From the IMG/VR virus record IMGVR_UViG_3300007512_001367, positions 1-64,000 of that record: a stretch of 64,000 bases of DNA; one strand, 5' to 3'. The position numbers and the translations under genes were made by a program. Numbering within the stretch: the first letter of the stretch is position 1; every line of letters starts with the position of its first letter. The notes under the pieces are model-generated. The model was not told where the DNA came from. It searched no databases and was given only the letters and a program-made list of their open reading frames with translations. This document shows positions 39,372 through 48,317 of this stretch, one piece after another. This DNA comes from an uncultured virus (IMG/VR IMGVR_UViG_3300007512_001367) (taxonomy: Duplodnaviria; Heunggongvirae; Uroviricota; Caudoviricetes).

Positions 39372-40034
39372 TTATTTTGATTTTACTAGGTCTTTACTTG
39401 CATCTTTAAATGCTTTTTGTACAGTTGCACTAACTTTAAATTTACCCGACAAATGTCTAAGTAATAAACCATAAGCTGGTAAGAATACTATCAAACCAAC
39501 CATAATTTTTAATACAGTTTGTGAACCGGCAATTTCTGCCCAGTTAGCCGCCATATACTCGTTGGCGCCACCTGAGAATGCTGTAAAGAAGAATGTGTAT
39601 GTGTCAATTATGTTTGCTACCACAGTTGATACTGCAGGTGCTAACCACCAAGCTGAATAATTTTCTCTCAGCCATTGGAAGACATATACATCTAGCAAAG
39701 TTCCTATTGCATACGCAGTCGCACTTGCAAAACCAATTCTTAACGCAACTGATTGAGGTGCTCCTTCTGCCAGCACTACCAAAATGGATCCAATGATCGC
39801 AAGTGGATAGGCTATTGCAATTGTAGACCGTGCTATCGTTTTACCCAATAGTCTGACTGTTAAGTCAGTTGCTATTACTACTAAAGGGAAAGTGAATGCC
39901 GCCCAGGTTAGTTTAACTCCAAGTATTTCTACAGGAATGTTTACTAAACCGTTTGAAACTGTAATCACGATAACGTGAAGTGCTACAAGTTTCCACAGCA
40001 TACTTTTGTCTACGTTTTTTAATAAATCTAACAT
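39372..40034 (-). CDS. yhhQ: Queuosine-precursor (preQ0/preQ1) transporter, YhhQ/VUT family
   Basis: Multi-TM; SN.LV, TWAAFTFP...ATDLTVR, ASATAY..G.LLDV.VF, IDT..FF..AF. Confidence 0.88.
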   Translation of the reverse strand: MLDLLKNVDKSMLWKLVALHVIVITVSNGLVNIPVEILGVKLTWAAFTFPLVVIATDLTVRLLGKTIARSTIAIAYPLAIIGSILVVLAEGAPQSVALRIGFASATAYAIGTLLDVYVFQWLRENYSAWWLAPAVSTVVANIIDTYTFFFTAFSGGANEYMAANWAEIAGSQTVLKIMVGLIVFLPAYGLLLRHLSGKFKVSATVQKAFKDASKDLVKSK

Positions 40035-40066
40035 TAATCCTCCTAGGATATTATTAAATGTTCACT

Positions 40067-40095
40067 ATTGTACGACAATTTGTGAATTAAATCAA
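40067..40095 (-). promoter_or_regulatory. Sigma70-type promoter for yhhQ
   Basis: TTGATT-17 bp-TACAAT; AGGAGG RBS downstream. Confidence 0.6.
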
Positions 40096-40112
40096 TACAC
40101 TTTTAAGTTTAA

Positions 40113-40934
40113 TTAAATGGTTTTACCAATAGGTCTTTCTACTTCAGATCCGTATAATTTTTTAAGTAATTTTTCGGGGTGGCATTCTAGATAATGTACT
40201 AAAAATTCTTCCATTCTTTCGTTTATTGTAATGCCAAGGTAATCGCATAGACGCTGTCTTTCTTCTTTATCTACTAAAAATTTAAGAATGTCAAAGTTAT
40301 AATCACACCAATCTAACTTAGATGGCCATGTTGCTCCACCATTACCTTTAATCCAACCATCTATATAAGTATCACGCACTTTTTTAAAAGTAGGATTTTT
40401 TTTTGGAATATTCCCACAACTTCCGGTTCTTTTAGCATATTGCATTTTATACCATTTTCTTTTATCCGTAACATAAGGATTAAGTTTAATACAATCAATA
40501 TTTTTATAATCCCTAATTATTTTTATTTCTTCTTCTGTTTTCTGTCTGTAATCCCAATACTCAACACTTTGTTTTTCTACGTTATCGTGAAGTTGAAAAT
40601 ACCAAAGTTTTGGTAAATCATTGTCTTTAAATGTGTTATCTGGCCAGTATTCTTTACTAGTCCAATTGCTCCACCATTTTCCATCTTTCCAATTCCCAAC
40701 TCGATTTTTGTGGTCTTTCCTTTCGGCATCATTAGTCCAACCAGTTATGCCTTTGGTTTTTTGCGTTTTTTGAAATTGTTTGTAGAACATATAGTTCATT
40801 AATTTTTTATTAGTACCGTAGTCAAGTTCTTTATTACGTGCAGTTACGTTAAATTTTTGGTCTGAACCTAATATGTAATACAATACAAACATACCACAAC
40901 AAGTACTTTTATAATAAATGCCTATATCTTTCAT
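40113..40934 (-). CDS. Hypothetical protein, tandem paralogue A
   Basis: DIGIYYKSTCCGMF; shares long identical blocks with the next ORF. Confidence 0.7.
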   Translation of the reverse strand: MKDIGIYYKSTCCGMFVLYYILGSDQKFNVTARNKELDYGTNKKLMNYMFYKQFQKTQKTKGITGWTNDAERKDHKNRVGNWKDGKWWSNWTSKEYWPDNTFKDNDLPKLWYFQLHDNVEKQSVEYWDYRQKTEEEIKIIRDYKNIDCIKLNPYVTDKRKWYKMQYAKRTGSCGNIPKKNPTFKKVRDTYIDGWIKGNGGATWPSKLDWCDYNFDILKFLVDKEERQRLCDYLGITINERMEEFLVHYLECHPEKLLKKLYGSEVERPIGKTI

Positions 40935-41635
40935 TATTTTATTACTCCAGTTGGTCGTTTTACATCATCACTATATAATTTTTTAAGTAGCCATTCTTCA
41001 TGAGCCTTTATATAATAATTTAAAAATTCCTCCATCCTTTCGTTCATTGTAATACCTATATAATCACATAAACGTTGTCTTTCTTCTTTATCCACTAAAA
41101 ATTTTAAGATATCAAAGCTATAATCACACCAATCTAATTTGGAGCCTTTACTTCTTGATAATACAAATTTAAATCGTTGGTAAAATTCTTTAAAAGTAAA
41201 ATTTTGTTTTGGGAAATCATGAAATGATCCAGATCTTTTATAGAACATTAGTTTAAACCATTTGCTATCATCAGCAACATAAGGATTAATTTTTATGCAG
41301 TCGAGTTTTTTATATAAGTCATTTATTCGAAATTTTTCTTTAAAATCTTGGTGTGGAGCAAAATCGTGTATTTGAAAGTAATAAAATTTTGGTAAATGGT
41401 TGTCAGCAAACAAATTATCTGGCCAATATTCACCACTAATCCACTCGCCATATTTTTTAGGTTTAAATTGTGTATAGAACATCGAGGTCATTAATTTTTT
41501 ATTAGTACCATAGTTAAGATCTTGATTACGTGAAGTCACATTAAATTTTTGATCTGATCCTAAAATATAATATAATAGGAACATACCGCAAGTAGAACTT
41601 TTATAATAAATGCCTATGTCTCTCATATAAAACAA
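40934..41635 (-). CDS. Hypothetical protein, tandem paralogue B
   Basis: DIGIYYKSSTCGMF...SKLDWCDY.FDILKFLVDKEERQRLCDY. Confidence 0.7.
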   Translation of the reverse strand: MFYMRDIGIYYKSSTCGMFLLYYILGSDQKFNVTSRNQDLNYGTNKKLMTSMFYTQFKPKKYGEWISGEYWPDNLFADNHLPKFYYFQIHDFAPHQDFKEKFRINDLYKKLDCIKINPYVADDSKWFKLMFYKRSGSFHDFPKQNFTFKEFYQRFKFVLSRSKGSKLDWCDYSFDILKFLVDKEERQRLCDYIGITMNERMEEFLNYYIKAHEEWLLKKLYSDDVKRPTGVIK

Positions 41636-42774
41636 TCAACCGGAATAATGTTTTTAAAATTAGTGTTTCGTATTTTGTCAATATTATCTAGGTAATGCAC
41701 ACATTCTTGAGCTAATTCATTGTCGTGATTTATATTATCTTTAATTACTGATTTAACAACGTCAATAAATTCTTGATTATATCCTTTATAATTTTGTAGA
41801 TCTTTTATAATATTATTTTTAAATTGTTCTTTTAAAGAAGAAAGTGTTAGTTTTTTTGGTGATGTTAGTATAATAGGTCTTATTTTTATTTTTTTAGTAT
41901 CAAAATAATTTACCATATTAACAATATTAGGTAGTATTGGTGCTTGTATTACACAGTTAATTGATAATTTTATGTTTTCTTTAACATTTAATAATGTGTC
42001 TATATTTTTTTTAATAGCATTCCAAGTATGGCCAAATCTAATATATTCAAAAGTATCTTCTATGCCATCAACAGATACACTAATCCATGTTTCTTTAAAT
42101 TTTTTAAGTATGTTTAATATTTTGTCATTAATTATTGTTAGGTTTGTAGTAAAGTGAAGAATACATTTTTCTTTTTGACTTGTTGGTATGTTTTCTAATG
42201 TTTTGAACAGCCACGGATTTATGAAGGGTTCGCCCCCAGTTAATTTGATATGTATACTTTGTGGTAAAAATTTTTCACACCATTTTGCAAAATCGTTTTC
42301 TTTTGGCCAATTAAATTCGTTTTGTTTCAAATTGCCATGTTTATAAAATTTTTTCATTTCTTGATTTATGTTTATCTCAGCAAGTATTTGACTACTCCAC
42401 TTTGGTGAACACATAACGCATTTTAAATTACATAAATTTCCAAGCTGTAAGTCAAAACTTTTTATATTTTTTGTATCTAAATTATTAATTGCTTGAGTAA
42501 TATCTTTTCCAACAGTTCTGTTTAATATTAATCTTAATGAATCACCATTAGCTTCTTCTTGTTTCCAACACGCAATACAGTTGGTATCTTTAATACCGTT
42601 AATTAAATTATTTCTTACTTTATTCAGATCTTTAGAATGATAATAGTCTTCAGTTTCGTGAAATTTATATTTTGTTGGTTTGTCGAAAAGACAACAAGGG
42701 GTAATACTGCCAGTTGGACCTACATAAAGACTATTAAAAGGTGCAACGCAGAATGTATTTTTGTTCGGTATCAT
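41623..42774 (-). CDS. Radical SAM protein with an N-terminal twitch/SPASM domain
   Basis: CVAPF..PCC..CIAC; CNLKCVMC; GGEP. Confidence 0.85.
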   Translation of the reverse strand: MIPNKNTFCVAPFNSLYVGPTGSITPCCLFDKPTKYKFHETEDYYHSKDLNKVRNNLINGIKDTNCIACWKQEEANGDSLRLILNRTVGKDITQAINNLDTKNIKSFDLQLGNLCNLKCVMCSPKWSSQILAEININQEMKKFYKHGNLKQNEFNWPKENDFAKWCEKFLPQSIHIKLTGGEPFINPWLFKTLENIPTSQKEKCILHFTTNLTIINDKILNILKKFKETWISVSVDGIEDTFEYIRFGHTWNAIKKNIDTLLNVKENIKLSINCVIQAPILPNIVNMVNYFDTKKIKIRPIILTSPKKLTLSSLKEQFKNNIIKDLQNYKGYNQEFIDVVKSVIKDNINHDNELAQECVHYLDNIDKIRNTNFKNIIPVDCFI

Positions 42775-42787
42775 TCATGATATTTAA

Positions 42788-43837
42788 TTAATCTTCGTAT
42801 TGGTCGTAAACTTTATTAATTGGATTGTTTGTTCTAACAAAACTTGCACATTTAGGTATATCCTTTAATCTTCTTGCACCAATATATGTACAAGCGGATC
42901 TTACTCCACCTAACATATCTTCAATTGTTTCTGATACAGGTCCTCTGTCAGGTAAAAATACTCTTCGTCCTTCGTTACCTCTATATCCATCTTTTCTTTT
43001 ACCGTGTATTTCTCTTGCTCTATCAGAACTCATACCATAAAATTCTCTTTCTCCATCTACAACTGGCAACTCTGATTCATTGTGTCCTGCTAACATACCA
43101 CCTAGCATAACAAAATGTGCACCGCCACCAAATGCTTTTGCTACATCACCTGGTTCTACACAACCACCATCAGCCATTATGTGTCCTCCAACACCGTTGG
43201 CCGCATCAGCACATTCTACTACCGCTGAAAATTGTGGAACACCTACACCAGCCATTGTTCTTGTTGTACATACTGATCCTGGTCCTATACCAATTTTTAC
43301 TACATCAGCACCACTAATAATTAATTGCTCAACCATTTCTGCAGTAACAACGTTACCTGCAATTATAGTTTTGTCAGGAAACTCTTCTCTTACTTTTTCG
43401 ACAAAGTCTACATAATTTTCATGATACCCATTTGCAACGTCAATTGTAATAAATTTAACATCTGGATAACTTTTTAATATTTGTTGCATTGTGGCATAAT
43501 CTTCTGCGTCTTTATCCCAAAGTTTTCCTGTACCTGTACATACAGATATGTATTTTAATTTTATTCCTTGTCCTACGGCTTGTTTCCATTGCTCAGGTGT
43601 TGTTGTTTTTGTTATTACAGTCATCATTTTATATTCCTGTAATACTTTAGCCATACTAAATGTACCAACGCCATCCATATTAGATGCTACAATAGGAACA
43701 CACGTATAAGTTTCTTTTGAATTTTGAAATGTAAATGTTCTTTCTATGTCAACATCTTTTCGAGAAGATAATGTTGAACGTTTTGGTTGTAACAAAACAT
43801 CTGCATAATTTAATTTAAGTTCAGTATTAAGACGCAT
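42788..43837 (-). CDS. guaC: GMP reductase
   Basis: DVLLQPKRSTL.SR, DVANGY, GIGPGSVCTTR, ADGG, FYGMSS, GGVRSACTY. Confidence 0.92.
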   Translation of the reverse strand: MRLNTELKLNYADVLLQPKRSTLSSRKDVDIERTFTFQNSKETYTCVPIVASNMDGVGTFSMAKVLQEYKMMTVITKTTTPEQWKQAVGQGIKLKYISVCTGTGKLWDKDAEDYATMQQILKSYPDVKFITIDVANGYHENYVDFVEKVREEFPDKTIIAGNVVTAEMVEQLIISGADVVKIGIGPGSVCTTRTMAGVGVPQFSAVVECADAANGVGGHIMADGGCVEPGDVAKAFGGGAHFVMLGGMLAGHNESELPVVDGEREFYGMSSDRAREIHGKRKDGYRGNEGRRVFLPDRGPVSETIEDMLGGVRSACTYIGARRLKDIPKCASFVRTNNPINKVYDQYED

Positions 43838-44084
43838 CTTCCTCTCTTGCTTCTTTGGCTATTTTTTCTAAATTTTCTTGTTCTTCTTGTTCTCTTTTTT
43901 TAAATTCTTCTAACTGTTTTTCCTTTGCTTCTCTTTCTTTACGTTGTTTGTATTCGGGTGTATCTTCTAGAAGTTTTTGATCCCATTTTATAATAAGGTT
44001 TGTAATTTCTTGATGTGGGAAATTTCTAGCAACCATTGTATTACGATATGCTTTAACATCTTCTAATAAATCTTTAATTTCCAT
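43827..44084 (-). CDS. Hypothetical charged protein
   Basis: ORF track. Confidence 0.65.
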   Translation of the reverse strand: MEIKDLLEDVKAYRNTMVARNFPHQEITNLIIKWDQKLLEDTPEYKQRKEREAKEKQLEEFKKREQEEQENLEKIAKEAREEDAS

Positions 44085-44427
44085 CTTCTTCTCGTTCTCT
44101 AGTTTCGCACATTTGTTTTATATTTTGGTAATGTTCATGAGCATCTTGTAATGCTGGATATTTTTTTCTTAATTTTTCATCATCAAAGTCAAAACTTGGT
44201 TGATATAAACCATCACTTACGTCAAATTTTACATCAAGTCCATCATCTAATGAACCTACGCTTGCCGTGGTTACAGTTGTACCTGTGTTTAATTCTCCCA
44301 TATTATAAGTCCAACTACTCATACCTCCATCTAAATCTTGTGCTTGATCGTATTGATCCATTACTTTAGTATTTTCTTGTACATTTTTTAAATCTTTTAA
44401 TAATTCTTTTTTACTTTTTGGTGGCAT
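44074..44427 (-). CDS. Hypothetical protein
   Basis: LRKKYPALQDAHEHY motif; ORF track. Confidence 0.65.
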   Translation of the reverse strand: MPPKSKKELLKDLKNVQENTKVMDQYDQAQDLDGGMSSWTYNMGELNTGTTVTTASVGSLDDGLDVKFDVSDGLYQPSFDFDDEKLRKKYPALQDAHEHYQNIKQMCETREREEDGN

Positions 44428-44617
44428 TTCCGCTCCAGTCTATTTTACCATCATTAATTGCGTCCATCGTTTCCACATCTCTAGTATCTAACATTATTTC
44501 TTGTTGTACTGCCGCTACTAGTCTATCAACGTCTTCTTGATCTATAGGTCTTTTATAAGTTCCATCTAAAATTTTCCATACTTTTTTCTTAAATGTTAAT
44601 TTTTTTCCTTTTTTCAT
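44411..44617 (-). CDS. Hypothetical protein
   Basis: ORF track. Confidence 0.55.
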   Translation of the reverse strand: MKKGKKLTFKKKVWKILDGTYKRPIDQEDVDRLVAAVQQEIMLDTRDVETMDAINDGKIDWSGNATKK

Positions 44618-45300
44618 AAACTTCTTTGTACCAAATTATAAACTGTTGGGTTTCGTAAGTCAAGATATAACATTAACGTTATTCTATATTCGTTGCTATG
44701 ATTATATACATTATGGTAATGATAGGAATTGAAAATATATGCTTTACCCGTCTCAAGTCTTTTGCATTCGGCATTTTTAAACCATGAAGGTCTAAAAAAT
44801 CTTTTGTACCATTTAAATTCGTTCTTGTTAACCACACAATATTCAAATTGTTTTGGTACTATTATAGGTATTTGCACTGTAAGTTGATTCTCTTCTTGTC
44901 CGTGCTCTTGCACGTGGCTATGCCATACTAAAGATTCTTTTGGGGAAATCCTCATGATTCTTGCACTACATTTGTCGCCGCCTAGATCTTTTATTAATTT
45001 GTAAATGTATGGACAATGTTTTTTTATTTCTGTATCTATAAAAGGAATATCTCGTCTATTTTCATGTAGATCAGTGTATAGACTTCCATCAGAACTTGTC
45101 AGGCATACACCAGACCAACTTTTAGCATATTTTTTTCTTACTGCCCAGTAATTTGTATTGTAATTGTGGAAAGCATACTTCTTGTCTATGATATGATACT
45201 CTTGTAAAAGTTTTTCGAAATCGATTTCTACGTCTAACTCTATAAATGACCTCTTTCGAAGTTCATTATTCATTATGCATGGCCCTTCATGCTCATGCAA
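44614..45300 (-). CDS. AspH-like 2OG-Fe(II) dioxygenase (double-stranded beta-helix fold)
   Basis: ARIMRISP...WHSH; GKAYIFN...HNVYN...RITL. Confidence 0.65.
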   Translation of the reverse strand: MHEHEGPCIMNNELRKRSFIELDVEIDFEKLLQEYHIIDKKYAFHNYNTNYWAVRKKYAKSWSGVCLTSSDGSLYTDLHENRRDIPFIDTEIKKHCPYIYKLIKDLGGDKCSARIMRISPKESLVWHSHVQEHGQEENQLTVQIPIIVPKQFEYCVVNKNEFKWYKRFFRPSWFKNAECKRLETGKAYIFNSYHYHNVYNHSNEYRITLMLYLDLRNPTVYNLVQRSL

Positions 45301-45986
45301 ATTTTATAAAATTCATCTCTAGTTGCTGGGTCATCTTTAAATGCACCTAACATAATTGCAGTTGTCATATCAGATTCCTGTTCTCTTACGCCTCTGTGTG
45401 TCATACAATGATGTTCTGCTTTAACTACTACTGCAATATGAGTTGTGTGTGCGTATTCTTTTAATGCATCAGCAATTTGTGTTGTCATTTCTTCTTGTAT
45501 CTGTGGTCTTTCTACAATGTGATGTATAATTCTGTTAAACTTACTCAAACCAATAACTTTGCCAGTTGGAATAATACCTACCCAAGCATTACCTACAATA
45601 TTTTGTAAATGGTGAGCACACGTTGACTTAATACTAATTGGACCACTAGTGTACATACTCTTGTAACCCACATTAGGAAAACTTGTAACTCTCGGAAACG
45701 GTTTATATCTGCCACCAAATGTTTCTTGTACATACATTTTAGCGACACGTTTTGCAGTTTCCTGTGTATTGTGATCGTTTTCTGTATCAATTACAAGACT
45801 TTCTAATACACCTTGTAATTTTTCTTGTACTTCTGCTTGTAATTGTTCTAAATCACCATCTTCAATGTATTCAGAAATATTATCATTACAGTGAAATCTT
45901 TTTCCTGCTTTTTTAATTCTTTGTTTTATTTGTTTGCTAATTGGATCATGTGTATTATCCCAACTATCTTTTAATGTATCATCCAT
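45273..45986 (-). CDS. folE: GTP cyclohydrolase I
   Basis: TAKRVAKM, STCAHH, GLSKFNR, RPQIQE, HHCMTHRGV. Confidence 0.93.
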   Translation of the reverse strand: MDDTLKDSWDNTHDPISKQIKQRIKKAGKRFHCNDNISEYIEDGDLEQLQAEVQEKLQGVLESLVIDTENDHNTQETAKRVAKMYVQETFGGRYKPFPRVTSFPNVGYKSMYTSGPISIKSTCAHHLQNIVGNAWVGIIPTGKVIGLSKFNRIIHHIVERPQIQEEMTTQIADALKEYAHTTHIAVVVKAEHHCMTHRGVREQESDMTTAIMLGAFKDDPATRDEFYKICMSMKGHA

Positions 45987-47020
45987 TATTGTATTTCTTT
46001 TTTATGTATTTTATTATACCATTTTACAGCAGTTGCCACTATATTGTCAATAGAACTTTGTGTAGGAGACCAATTTAATATTTTTTTAGCTTTGAAAATA
46101 TCAGCTACAAGATATGCCGGATCTCCTTGTCTACCATCTCTTACAATTATGTCCATTTTACCGGTATGTTTTTGTATGATGTCTAATAATTGTTTGTTAG
46201 AAATAGGTATACCTGATCCTAAATTAATTTGTTCACATACTGAATTTTTATTTGCATAATTTAAAGCCTTAATGTGTGCGTCGGCTAGGTCCATAACATG
46301 AACATAATCTCTTACACACGTTCCATCTTCTGTAGGAAATTTATCGCCATTTATATAAAATGTTTTTAATTGTCTTGATGCGTTAATGGCCAATGGAATT
46401 AAATGAGTTTCTTTGGTTCTTGATTCTCCAATTTCTTCCTCTGGATCAGCACCTGCGGCATTAAAATATCTTAAACTTACCGATGAAATGCCATATGCTG
46501 TTTTATAATCCATAAGCATTCTTTCTACTATTAATTTTGTAACACCATATGGGTTAATTGGATTTGGTCCGCGATCTTCTCTACATTTTCGATTTCCGGG
46601 ATCGCCATATACAGCCGCACTTGATGAAAATATAAATGTTTTAATATTATTTTGTACTAATTGATCAAGCAGAGCCATTGTAGTTATTACATTATTTTTA
46701 TAATACTTGCTTGGATCTTTTACAGATTCACCAACTGAGGCACTACCAGCAAAGTGTATGCAAGATTGTATATCGTATCTTTTAATTATTTCGTTTAGAT
46801 AACTTTGATTTTTAGGTAGGTCAACTTGAAAATGTGGGCCAAATGTTGCATGACCAAACCTTTCAATATGTCTATCAATAGTTATTGGAGTGAATCCATT
46901 TTTCTTTAATATTTTACAGGTGTGTGAGCCAATATATCCAGCTCCTCCTGTTACTAATACACAGGATCCAATTGGTTTAATATTTAGATTCGGAAACTGG
47001 TGTTCTGTAGTGTTTTCCAT
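45986..47020 (-). CDS. galE: UDP-glucose 4-epimerase
   Basis: TGGAGYIGSH, HFAG...VGES, SSSAAVYG, YGVTK, LRYFNAAGA, DGTCVRDYVHV. Confidence 0.9.
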   Translation of the reverse strand: MENTTEHQFPNLNIKPIGSCVLVTGGAGYIGSHTCKILKKNGFTPITIDRHIERFGHATFGPHFQVDLPKNQSYLNEIIKRYDIQSCIHFAGSASVGESVKDPSKYYKNNVITTMALLDQLVQNNIKTFIFSSSAAVYGDPGNRKCREDRGPNPINPYGVTKLIVERMLMDYKTAYGISSVSLRYFNAAGADPEEEIGESRTKETHLIPLAINASRQLKTFYINGDKFPTEDGTCVRDYVHVMDLADAHIKALNYANKNSVCEQINLGSGIPISNKQLLDIIQKHTGKMDIIVRDGRQGDPAYLVADIFKAKKILNWSPTQSSIDNIVATAVKWYNKIHKKEIQ

Positions 47021-48149
47021 CTCTTCTCCATTGTTCTCCCGTGCCTGTCATAATGTCAATCATTCTGTCTATTGTACCGTCAGTCCAATCAGATATTTGA
47101 CCCATACTAGGGGATGGTTTCATTAATAATACTTTTAGTTTTTCCATTGCATCTCTGCCACTCCACGGAACATACATTCTTGTTTCGTCGTTTGCAAAAA
47201 CTTCAGGAAATGTTCTGTATGCTGGAAATAGTACATTACAACCTAATGAATCTGCTTCTGATACAGTATTGGATGTCCAATCTTGTAACGCACAATTAAA
47301 TAATACTCTTGAATCTGCAAGTATGTTGTAATATTGATTCTTTTTTAAATTTTCATATATTGTAAGTGTGCCTTCTTTTTCCATTCGTCTTGCCCTGTCT
47401 ACATATACTTTGTTATTACTTCTTAAAGGTCCACCTACGCAGATACAAAATTCAACTGGAGGCAATTTTTTATTTTGTTGCCAATGGTCAATCATATCCA
47501 TAAAGAAACCTGGTTGTTTTTCTTGATCCCATCTTGCACCAAAAACAACTCGCATTGTTCGTTCTTCAAAAGGTTTAATATCTTTTACTCTATTTTGTAC
47601 TTCTTCTTTGCCAAAACTTAATCCTGATATGTTATAAATTGGTGCTTTCCAATTTGCAATTTTCATATGTGCAACCATTTCTTCATTAGTTGCTAATACA
47701 CCTGTTACAAATTCATTGCACATCGCTTCATATAAGCTCATCCATTTGCTCATATCCCATACGTGTATAAAATCATCAGGATCAATTGATTGTGCTAAAC
47801 ATCTTATCCAAACTTTTGGTCTAAATTCTGCTGGTGATTGATTCATAATGTATGGTAACGATTCTATACCTGGTTGAAACATATCTTCAAAAAATATAAT
47901 ATCATTTGATGTAATTTCACCAGCTTTCATCATTTGTACTAAATTCATCATTTGACTCATACCAAAATATGAACGTCCATGTGCATCTAATACTTGTCCT
48001 GTTACAATTGCTTTGGAATCATCGATAGTAGTACCAGGTACTATAACATAATCGATACCTCTATTTTTGAAAGCCCGTTCAGTCCAATCAGTTAATTGTA
48101 ATGTATATCTGCCTTCGTATGGCTCTAGGCCCATGTAAAATATTTTCAT
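46977..48149 (-). CDS. GT-B fold glycosyltransferase (GT4-like)
   Basis: ARWDQEKQP and VSEADSLGC..L.P....FPE donor-binding motifs. Confidence 0.75.
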   Translation of the reverse strand: MKIFYMGLEPYEGRYTLQLTDWTERAFKNRGIDYVIVPGTTIDDSKAIVTGQVLDAHGRSYFGMSQMMNLVQMMKAGEITSNDIIFFEDMFQPGIESLPYIMNQSPAEFRPKVWIRCLAQSIDPDDFIHVWDMSKWMSLYEAMCNEFVTGVLATNEEMVAHMKIANWKAPIYNISGLSFGKEEVQNRVKDIKPFEERTMRVVFGARWDQEKQPGFFMDMIDHWQQNKKLPPVEFCICVGGPLRSNNKVYVDRARRMEKEGTLTIYENLKKNQYYNILADSRVLFNCALQDWTSNTVSEADSLGCNVLFPAYRTFPEVFANDETRMYVPWSGRDAMEKLKVLLMKPSPSMGQISDWTDGTIDRMIDIMTGTGEQWRRDGKHYRTPVSESKY

Positions 48150-48317
48150 TTACTCTCCAAACCCATCAATTGCTCTTGCATGAAAGGGATTCTTTTTCTT
48201 TTTTTCTTCTTCCATTTTTTCATATTTCTTTTTCTTTTCTTTATATTTTTCTTCAGTTAAAGAATGCCAACCAACACAAAGTCCTGTAGGTGATCTTCCA
48301 CAATTACATTTACTCAT
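48150..48317 (-). CDS. 55-aa protein with a CDGSH-like Fe-S motif (not in the ORF track)
   Basis: MSKCNCGRSPTGLCVGWHSLTEEKY...; abuts both neighbours. Confidence 0.7.
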   Translation of the reverse strand: MSKCNCGRSPTGLCVGWHSLTEEKYKEKKKKYEKMEEEKKKKNPFHARAIDGFGE

